Positions 1 to 5,771 of a stretch of DNA of 12,619 nt are shown piece by piece (positions within the stretch are counted from its first letter, which is position 1; every line of letters begins with the position of its first letter). A program made the translations under genes and the position numbers. The stretch comes from a virus (Duplodnaviria > Heunggongvirae > Uroviricota > Caudoviricetes). The stretch lies in the IMG/VR virus record IMGVR_UViG_2695420600_000009; one strand, given 5' to 3'. The notes beneath the pieces are model-generated. The model did no database searches. It saw nothing but the letters and a program-made list of their open reading frames with translations, and was not told the origin of the DNA.

Positions 1-86
1 ATGCCAAACTGCGATCGATTCAGATGCCATTTTGCAATCAGCGCCAGAACAGCAGCTGACAGGCCGTATTTGATTTTTGCGCTCAT
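1..86 (-). CDS. probable endolysin (lysozyme R), N-terminal 28 codons only; gene continues past the left edge of the window
   Basis: Minus-strand ATG at 86..84 followed by MSAKIKYGLSAAVLALIAKWHLNRSQFG, a Gly/Ala/Leu-rich signal-anchor-like N-terminus. It lies directly after holin and DUF826 genes, as in the Qin-type lysis cassette essQ-ydfR-rrrQ. Absent from the ORF track because fewer than 60 codons are visible. Confidence 0.4.
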   Translation of the reverse strand, partial: MSAKIKYGLSAAVLALIAKWHLNRSQFG

Positions 87-141
87 GGATATTTATCAGG
101 ATGCTACCAATGAAAGATACTGGAAAGCCAACTGCAAAAAG

Positions 142-456
142 CTAACAACCCGTAATCGAGTTATCAGAACTGTTAATTTTTATGGTATACCGCGCCTCTG
201 AACAGGGGCGCGTTTCTGGCAACAGCTCGTCCCCTTCACATAACCCGGCAGCAACATCCAAGAAGACCTGTCTGATGCTCCTTCTGGCTGCTGCCTCATA
301 AAACTCCAGCGCGGCACCTTCAACACGGTCCAGCGAGATGTCCAGGTCAAAAATTTCACCGTCAAAGCGTTTTTTGTCCCGTAACGCTAAAGTTACCGTA
401 ACTTTATTCTCAAAATTGCGGATCCCTTTCACAATCAGTTCATAGTTTTGAGTCAT
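142..456 (-). CDS. DUF826 / YdfR-like small prophage protein
   Basis: 104-aa ORF. The N-terminal two thirds (MTQNYELIVKGIRNFENKVTVTLALRDKKRFDGEIFDLDISLDRVEGAALEFYEAAARRS) match my recollection of the YdfR/DUF826 family that sits between holin and lysozyme in Qin-like prophages. The SD (GGGGAGAG) lies in the last codons of the holin gene. The C-terminal third is not recognisable and contains a strong hairpin. Confidence 0.6.
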   Translation of the reverse strand: MTQNYELIVKGIRNFENKVTVTLALRDKKRFDGEIFDLDISLDRVEGAALEFYEAAARRSIRQVFLDVAAGLCEGDELLPETRPCSEARYTIKINSSDNSITGC

Positions 457-460
457 TGAA

Positions 461-676
461 TTACTCTCCCCGTGCAGCCTTACGACGGTCCTCTCTGATT
501 TTGAAATACAGGTTAGTCAGATATGTCAGCAGCCCAAACAGCAGACTCCCCAGCACGCCTATTGCCGCCCACTGAGACGGGGAAACCCTGTCCAGCAACT
601 GCAGGAACCAGTAGCCCGTTCCCACCGCTGACGTGGTGTATGACACACCTGTTGTGATTTTTTCCATCTGGTACAT
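461..676 (-). CDS. S: phage 21-type class II holin (S21-like), 71 aa with dual-start motif MYQM
   Basis: ORF track 461..754 trimmed to the internal ATG at 676. [71 protein letters not shown] closely resembles the phage 21 S holin as I recall it, including the two closely spaced Met starts, two TM segments and a charged C-terminus. SD GGGAGACGGGG directly upstream. Confidence 0.85.
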   Translation of the reverse strand: MYQMEKITTGVSYTTSAVGTGYWFLQLLDRVSPSQWAAIGVLGSLLFGLLTYLTNLYFKIREDRRKAARGE

Positions 677-711
677 ACCCCGTCTCCCGTTATCCGGAAG
701 CTGACAACAAT

Positions 712-741
712 AAAAAAAGCCACCAGTTAAGTACTGATGGC
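712..741 (-). terminator. intrinsic terminator-like hairpin between nanS-p and the holin gene
   Basis: On the minus strand GCCATCAG-TACTTAA-CTGGTGGC (8-bp stem, one mismatch) is followed by TTTTTTTATTG. Confidence 0.5.
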
Positions 742-826
742 TCTGATAACTCATGCAGGCATCTCAGACGACCCACTGACACTACCGGTGAGTTTAACGA
801 TACCTTCCATTTGGCTGGCTCACTTT

Positions 827-2680
827 TTATGATGATGCCGGTGCATTTATCTCCAGCACCAGACTTTCTATCTCAACGCCATACGCTGCATTTTTGGTAA
901 TATCCGTCAGCGTCAGCGCATTCAGCCCCAGTGTCAGACTGTCTTTTATGACCTGGAATGCCGGGCCAGCCACTCCATTCAGTTTCGGAGTAACCGTGGC
1001 ACTGCCGGCGGTGAACACCAGCTCCAGCGTCAGCCAGTCGTTACTGTAATTCCCGAACTCGCCCAACTTTGTGTTTCCTGCTTTCTTGTGATGCATCAGA
1101 TTCAGTTTGCCGTCTGTGGTCTGGGTGAAGAACGACATCAGGAACGGGTTACCAGTCCCGGTCATCGCCACGACGTCAGGTAACGCTACATCGGTATACA
1201 GATAAATTCCCAGACCGAACTGGTTGTTGGTCAGTGCGCCTGACAGTCGAAACTTACAGCTCAGTCTGCCACCCCGTGTCAGCAGGGAGACTGCGTCATC
1301 CACCGGGCGCGTCAGGGACCAGGCTTTATTGCTCTGCTTGGTGATCTTAAATACACCATCTGACAACTGAACTCCGCCATTCTTAATGCTCCAGCCCTGC
1401 GCAGCAGCGTCTCCGGCTGTCGGCAACAGGGAGATTGTGCGTATGGATGCATCTTCAGACGGCCCCGATGGCGTGTCGCCGCCGGGCGAGGGTTTGATTT
1501 CCGGTGCCTTACCACTAATGAAGGCTAAGGTGCGACCGGCTACGTTCAGAATAGCAGTTGCCATACGATCGGGAATAATGCCACGACGCGCCCATGAGCT
1601 GAAATGCGTCGGGCGATTTGATGATACCCAGTTTTTGTTCGTTCGGGATGCCGAACCGTAATAACCAGACCCGGCAATATCAGGATCTTCTGACGGGTTG
1701 TTTGTCGGTGTATTAACTCCGCTACCATCGGTCATAAAGGGAACAAAATAAATCTGCTGGGATTCTTTACCTTTATATGCACCATATACCACTTCATATT
1801 GCGTACCGTGTTCTTGTTTCCACGCGTATGTCGTGTCGCCACAAATCCAGGGGACTGATGCCGGACTTCCACCGTGACACTGCGCCGCCAGCCCGGCAAG
1901 GTCAGCACGGAACTGCTGTACCATTGCAAGAAATGCTGCTGGCTGCTGGGCGTAACTGGCATTCGTCATATCGAATTCCCCCTGCATCCAGCATATCGCC
2001 AGCAAAACGTTTTTCGGGTTTTTCTGCAATGCTGCCTTCGTGCGGAAAAGCAGATCCTGATATAACGGCTTACCCACTCCCCAGCGAGCCGAATCCTGAC
2101 TGGCCCCCGTGGACTCGCTGAATGTCCCCTCCGTGCCCTGGGTGAATGCCGAACCACCACAACAGCATGGTACCAGCAGGATCCCCGCATTATTAGGGAT
2201 ATACGGAAGCAGTTTTTTGGCAATATGTAAGCCCTGTCCGACACAGCCGTACTGCCCTTTGCTCAGGTCAGCCCGGGGATGGTTAATCGTACTCATATCC
2301 TGAACATCATGCAGACAATGGTCAGCAGGAATGATGTCGTTAAATACGCATACTTCACCACCGGGAGTCACTGTGTTACGACGGGCCAGTTGCTTAATGC
2401 GCGGATGGGGCGCATCGTATGAATCCGGAAGCGGAAGACCTTCACCGTAAGCCATGGCATTGGATTGCCCGGCCAGTACGATGACGTAGTACCACTCCGG
2501 CTCAGTTGCACCACTGACGACCACATCACCTTCTGCTGCAATCGCCTGCATCAGGGTATAAGGGGTTATGGCCACCGGACTACCAAACGGCTGCCAGCCC
2601 TCCTTCAGTTTTTGTGTCAGTCGTTTCGCAAGGTCTGACGGCGATGCCGCCCTGACCACGTCATAGTGTTTAAATGCCAT
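827..2680 (-). CDS. nanS: prophage sialate (9-O-acetyl-N-acetylneuraminate) O-acetylesterase, NanS-p / YjhS-like, with N-terminal DUF1737-like region
   Basis: 617-aa ORF with SD GGGAGGA upstream of the ATG at 2680. The N-terminus MAFKHYDVVRAASPSDLAKRL and the GQSN motif (VLAGQSNAMAYGEG) fit the SGNH/DUF303 esterase family that EHEC lambdoid prophages carry downstream of the stx position. Recognised from memory of the family, not searched. Confidence 0.8.
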   Translation of the reverse strand: MAFKHYDVVRAASPSDLAKRLTQKLKEGWQPFGSPVAITPYTLMQAIAAEGDVVVSGATEPEWYYVIVLAGQSNAMAYGEGLPLPDSYDAPHPRIKQLARRNTVTPGGEVCVFNDIIPADHCLHDVQDMSTINHPRADLSKGQYGCVGQGLHIAKKLLPYIPNNAGILLVPCCCGGSAFTQGTEGTFSESTGASQDSARWGVGKPLYQDLLFRTKAALQKNPKNVLLAICWMQGEFDMTNASYAQQPAAFLAMVQQFRADLAGLAAQCHGGSPASVPWICGDTTYAWKQEHGTQYEVVYGAYKGKESQQIYFVPFMTDGSGVNTPTNNPSEDPDIAGSGYYGSASRTNKNWVSSNRPTHFSSWARRGIIPDRMATAILNVAGRTLAFISGKAPEIKPSPGGDTPSGPSEDASIRTISLLPTAGDAAAQGWSIKNGGVQLSDGVFKITKQSNKAWSLTRPVDDAVSLLTRGGRLSCKFRLSGALTNNQFGLGIYLYTDVALPDVVAMTGTGNPFLMSFFTQTTDGKLNLMHHKKAGNTKLGEFGNYSNDWLTLELVFTAGSATVTPKLNGVAGPAFQVIKDSLTLGLNALTLTDITKNAAYGVEIESLVLEINAPASS

Positions 2681-2873
2681 GAATCCTCCCGGCCGGGATA
2701 ATATTGTGAGTAAAATAAGGAGCGGGCTGAAGTCCGGAAGTTACAGGACAATGGCAGAAGAGAGACGACAGCCCGCAATTCGAAAAAGACCGCGCAGTTG
2801 CGCAGAGTGATTACTATGGGGTATTATTCGCCAGCTGAAATATTACTTCACGTTTTATTGTTTATTCCTTGCC

Positions 2874-2902
2874 GCCCGCGTCTCCCAGCGCGGGCTTTTT
2901 TT
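2874..2902 (+). terminator. plus-strand intrinsic terminator-like hairpin inside repeat A (second copy at 4700..4728)
   Basis: GCCCGCG-TCTCCCAG-CGCGGGC followed by TTTTTTT on the plus strand. Confidence 0.5.
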
Positions 2903-2910
2903 GCCCACAA

Positions 2911-2931
2911 GAAAACCCCTCCGGAGAGGGG
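2911..2931 (-). terminator. minus-strand terminator-like hairpin T1 in repeat A (copy at 4737..4757; diverged sub-repeat version at 3397..3418)
   Basis: Minus strand CCCCTC-TCCG-GAGGGG followed by TTTTCTTG. Confidence 0.45.
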
Positions 2932-3179
2932 CTAAAGCCGCGTATCTGTATCATCATGCACATGGTGCCGGGTGCCTCCCGGTGAGTTCAGCCCGGTGCC
3001 ACTAAACCCGCGTCATTCTCGTTTTGATAATCAGAGATTATACCGTCACCAGTCGCCCCTCCGCTCAGGGGGATTCACCATGCGAAATTTTTTTAACAAA
3101 TGCCCAGTCTGACAGGCAACTGTCAACTTACTGAATTGTGAGCAACATAGCATTTAACGGGGAACCTGTTTTCTGCAGT

Positions 3180-3206
3180 AAAAAGGCCCACCGGAGCGGA
3201 TGGGCC
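3180..3206 (-). terminator. minus-strand terminator-like hairpin T2 in repeat A (copy at 5006..5032)
   Basis: Minus strand GGCCCA-TCCGCTCCGG-TGGGCC followed by TTTTTACTG. Confidence 0.45.
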
Positions 3207-3811
3207 TGGAAGGATAGCGGTCATGTGATGCCGGTTTCCCGGTAACTCAGCACCGGTATCTGAGTCAACGTTTTCTCTACTGGGTCATTTCCGATACGCC
3301 CTGCCTGCTGACAGGCTTTCATCACATCTGAAAATATAGCACCCTGACTGATACTGTAGTACCTAAGGTTCCAGAAACTGTGATGTATCCGGCACAGAAA
3401 AGCCCCTCCGGAGAGGGCTGGAGAGTGGCGCTATGTGCCATTGCATGATGCCGGGTGCCTCCCGGTGAATTCAGTACCAGCACCTGAATCCGCGATTATC
3501 CCATATACCTACTCGCTGATTGCCCCTCCGCACAGGGGGATTCACCATGCCAGTTTCTTTTAACAAACTCCCCGCAAACCAGACAACAGTCAACCGCCTG
3601 AATTGTGAAGTATTTAAAAATTTCTCCCGCTAACTGATACCCGGCTAACAGTCTGGCGTTTTCTTTTTCAGCAACGGGAAAGCAACAACCACCACACCCG
3701 CCACCAGCACACCGTCAGCCAGCACTGACATTATCCGGCTGCTGCAATGCCATTCACAAAAACAGTAAGCAATCACTTTTTACCGTAACAGGTGATAATC
3801 CAGATATGTAT

Positions 3812-4138
3812 CTACCCCAGATGAGTAATCCGAAGTTCATCCATACCACAGGTCCTGGCTATTCTGTTGTACTCCTGAACAAGAGCAAATAATTCTGAAT
3901 TAGCAACCATGAACTCATCGCAAACCCTCTGTATAGCATCACTATTCAGAATAATAACGTCTCTTCCCGAAAGACGATCAGGAGTACAGAACAAAACTGT
4001 CAAACGGCTGAAGGCCTTTGCTCGTGCTGCATTGACTATATCAATACGCTGCCTAAGGATGAAACACCCCGACGCCTCATCAATATTCACTCTACCCACA
4101 CCATATGAATGATAAATATTTAATGCTGAAAAAACCAT
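3812..4138 (-). CDS. hypothetical protein in AT-rich cargo segment (108 aa from first ATG; ORF track extends to a TTG at 4165)
   Basis: A 354-nt open frame in clearly AT-rich DNA, where stop codons are frequent, argues for real coding. It is on the late-transcribed strand. No convincing SD and no family I can recognise. An antisense 67-aa ORF (3909..4112) overlaps it. Confidence 0.35.
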   Translation of the reverse strand: MVFSALNIYHSYGVGRVNIDEASGCFILRQRIDIVNAARAKAFSRLTVLFCTPDRLSGRDVIILNSDAIQRVCDEFMVANSELFALVQEYNRIARTCGMDELRITHLG

Positions 4139-4275
4139 TAGACCGTATAACAAACACTCAATCAATACTTAACAGAACTTTTATTTTTGACAAACATAAA
4201 ATATTTTCAACAATATCCTGAGCCAGGTATATTTCAGTATAAGGCTCTGCCGGAAGGAATCTGGAAGAATGAATA

Positions 4276-4352
4276 TGGCGCGCTGTACTGGATTCGAACC
4301 AGTGACCGATTGCTTAGAAGGCAATTGCTCTGTCCGGCTGAGCTAACAACGC
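4276..4352 (-). tRNA. tRNA-Arg (anticodon TCT), cluster 1
   Basis: Reverse complement GCGTTGTTAGCTCAGCCGGACAGAGCAATTGCCTTCTAAGCAATCGGTCACTGGTTCGAATCCAGTACAGCGCGCCA folds as a 77-nt cloverleaf with anticodon loop CTTCTAA, T-loop TTCGAAT and encoded CCA. One G-U pair in the acceptor stem, where cluster 2 has A-U. Confidence 0.85.
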
Positions 4353-4365
4353 TGAATACCGATAA

Positions 4366-4445
4366 TGGACCGCCATCGGGGACCCGCCCCCGCACCAACA
4401 ACCCTGTTATCATGTCGTCTGCTCTTCCTGATAAGCTAATGGCGG
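4366..4445 (-). pseudogene. degenerate tRNA-like sequence (disrupted counterpart of tRNA-Arg TCG at 5572..5648)
   Basis: Acceptor stem, D-arm, 3' T-stem half and CCA match the cluster-2 tRNA. The anticodon arm, variable loop and 5' T-stem are replaced by AGACGACATGATAACAGGGTTGTTGGTGCGGGGGCGGGT, which does not form a cloverleaf. Confidence 0.6.
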
Positions 4446-4452
4446 TTTGTGA

Positions 4453-4528
4453 TGGTGGCCCTTGCTGGATTTGAACCAGCGACCTGGCGATTATGAGTCG
4501 CTCGCTCTCACCACTGAGCTAAAGGGCC
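4453..4528 (-). tRNA. tRNA with anticodon CAT (Ile2/lysidine-type or Met; ileZ-like), cluster 1
   Basis: Reverse complement GGCCCTTTAGCTCAGTGGTGAGAGCGAGCGACTCATAATCGCCAGGTCGCTGGTTCAAATCCAGCAAGGGCCACCA; 76-nt cloverleaf with anticodon loop CTCATAA. Stx-type phages carry ileZ-argN-argO at this position. Confidence 0.85.
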
Positions 4529-4567
4529 GGGAGCAGAATAATAACGGTCCGTAATTAATTCCGCAAT

Positions 4568-4681
4568 AAAAAACCCGCTCGGCGGCGGGTTGTAGAAACT
4601 CTTCTAACGTCAGGCATAAAACGCCCATAGTTATGACGAATTTACCACAGATTCCGGAAAAATCAACCTAGTTACCTTTTT
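4568..4681 (-). repeat. repeat B copy 1: duplicated Q 3' tail plus terminator module (remnant; second copy 7299..7413 is attached to the intact Q gene)
   Basis: About 114 bp identical, bar one or two bases, to 7299..7413. It encodes the last ~17 codons of Q (KVTRLIFPESVVNSS stop) followed by the terminator hairpin at 4568..4591, with no upstream Q coding sequence. An N at 4682 marks the junction with repeat A copy 2. Confidence 0.8.
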
Positions 4682-4682
4682 N

Positions 4683-5450
4683 ATTGTTTATTCCTTGCCG
4701 CCCGCGTCTCCCAGCGCGGGCTTTTTTTGCCCACAAGAAAACCCCTCCGGAGAGGGGCTAAAGCCGCGTATCTGTATCATCATGCACATGGTGCCGGGTG
4801 CCTCCCGGTGAGTTCAGCCCGGTGCCACTAAACCCGCGTCATTCTCGTTTTGATAATCAGAGATTATACCGTCACCAGTCGCCCCTCCGCTCAGGGGGAT
4901 TCACCATGCGAAATTTTTTTAACAAATGCCCAGTCTGACAGGCAACTGTCAACTTACTGAATTGTGAGCAACATAGCATTTAACGGGGAACCTGTTTTCT
5001 GCAGTAAAAAGGCCCACCGGAGCGGATGGGCCTGGAAGGATAGCGGTCATGTGATGCCGGTTTCCCGGTAACTCAGCACCGGTATCTGAGTCAACGTTTT
5101 CTCTACTGGGTCATTTCCGATACGCCCTGCCTGCTGACAGGCTTTCATCACATCTGAAAATATAGCACCCTGACTGATACTGTAGTACCTAAGGTTCCAG
5201 AAACTGTGATGTATCCGGCACAGAAAAGCCCCTCCGGAGAGGGCTGGAGAGTGGCGCTATGTGCCATTGCATGATGCCGGGTGCCTCCCGGTGAATTCAG
5301 TACCAGCACCTGAATCCGCGATTATCCCATATACCTACTCGCTGATTGCCCCTCCGCACAGGGGGATTCACCATGCCAGTTTCTTTTAACAAACTCCCCG
5401 CAAAACAGACAACTGTCAACCGTCTGAATTGTGAGACATTTAAAAAAAAG
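4683..5450. repeat. repeat A copy 2 (see 2853..3620)
   Basis: Near-identical to copy 1 over ~770 bp. ORF-track entries 5297..5530 and 5346..5552 in this region run into the tRNA genes and are rejected. Confidence 0.9.
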
Positions 5451-5481
5451 GCCCGCAAAAGCGAGCCAGGGAAAATAAGTG

Positions 5482-5558
5482 TGGCGCGTTGTACTGGATT
5501 CGAACCAGTGACCGATTGCTTAGAAGGCAATTGCTCTGTCCGGCTGAGCTAACAACGC
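5482..5558 (-). tRNA. tRNA-Arg (anticodon TCT), cluster 2
   Basis: Same 77-nt sequence as 4276..4352 except an A-U instead of G-U pair in the acceptor stem. Confidence 0.9.
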
Positions 5559-5571
5559 ATGATGCAGATAA

Positions 5572-5648
5572 TGGACCGCCATCGGGGACTTGAACCCCGC
5601 GCAGCCAGCTTCGAAGGCTGGCGCTCTTTCCTGATGAGCTAATGGCGG
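5572..5648 (-). tRNA. tRNA-Arg (anticodon TCG by my reading of the loop CTTCGAA), cluster 2
   Basis: Reverse complement CCGCCATTAGCTCATCAGGAAAGAGCGCCAGCCTTCGAAGCTGGCTGCGCGGGGTTCAAGTCCCCGATGGCGGTCCA; 7-bp acceptor stem, D-stem GCTC/GAGC, anticodon stem CCAGC/GCTGG, T-loop TTCAAGT, CCA end. Confidence 0.75.
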
Positions 5649-5655
5649 TATGTGA

Positions 5656-5731
5656 TGGTGGCCCTTGCTGGATTTGAACCAGCGACCTGGCGATTATGAG
5701 TCGCTCGCTCTCACCACTGAGCTAAAGGGCC
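5656..5731 (-). tRNA. tRNA with anticodon CAT (Ile2/Met; ileZ-like), cluster 2
   Basis: Identical to 4453..4528. The ~35 bp upstream of it are also conserved between the two clusters. Confidence 0.9.
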
Positions 5732-5771
5732 GGGAGCCGCATAATAACGACGCGTAATTAATTCTTCAATA

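Larger units (their letters stand above)
2853..3620. repeat. repeat A copy 1: ~770-bp non-coding direct repeat, near-identical to 4683..5450
   Basis: Base-by-base comparison of the two intervals shows only a handful of differences. No ORF of 60 codons or more on either strand. Contains two diverged internal sub-repeats (about 2906..3130 and 3395..3610) and several hairpins. Confidence 0.9.

Noticed and set aside
1-201. Plus-strand ORF of 66 aa at the left edge
   Set aside because: Lies antisense to the endolysin start and the DUF826 gene 3' end; no RBS; inconsistent with the uniform minus-strand organisation.
1312-2303. Several 60-114-aa ORFs on both strands inside 827..2680
   Set aside because: All are embedded in the 617-aa nanS-p frame, which has a clear RBS and family motifs; they are typical shadow ORFs of a GC-rich gene.
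2681-4275. Searched both strands between the tRNA cluster and nanS-p for Shiga toxin genes (stxA ~320 codons, stxB ~90 codons with signal peptides)
   Set aside because: No ORF of suitable size or sequence. The interval is occupied by the non-coding repeat A and an AT-rich segment whose only long ORF does not resemble StxA or StxB as I recall them.
4187-4474. Plus-strand 95-aa ORF
   Set aside because: Runs through the two cluster-1 tRNA genes and the degenerate tRNA; its translation contains the tRNA T-arm sequences (…WIRTSDRL…).
2853-5450. The repeated blocks as a possible CRISPR array
   Set aside because: Only two large (~770 bp) copies plus diverged sub-repeats; no short regularly spaced repeats of 28-37 bp with unique spacers, and no cas genes.
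5297-5552. Overlapping 77-aa (minus) and 68-aa (plus) ORFs
   Set aside because: Both extend from repeat A into tRNA-Arg of cluster 2; the plus-strand one begins at the conserved SD-ATG of the sub-repeat but is open only in this copy, not in copy 1.
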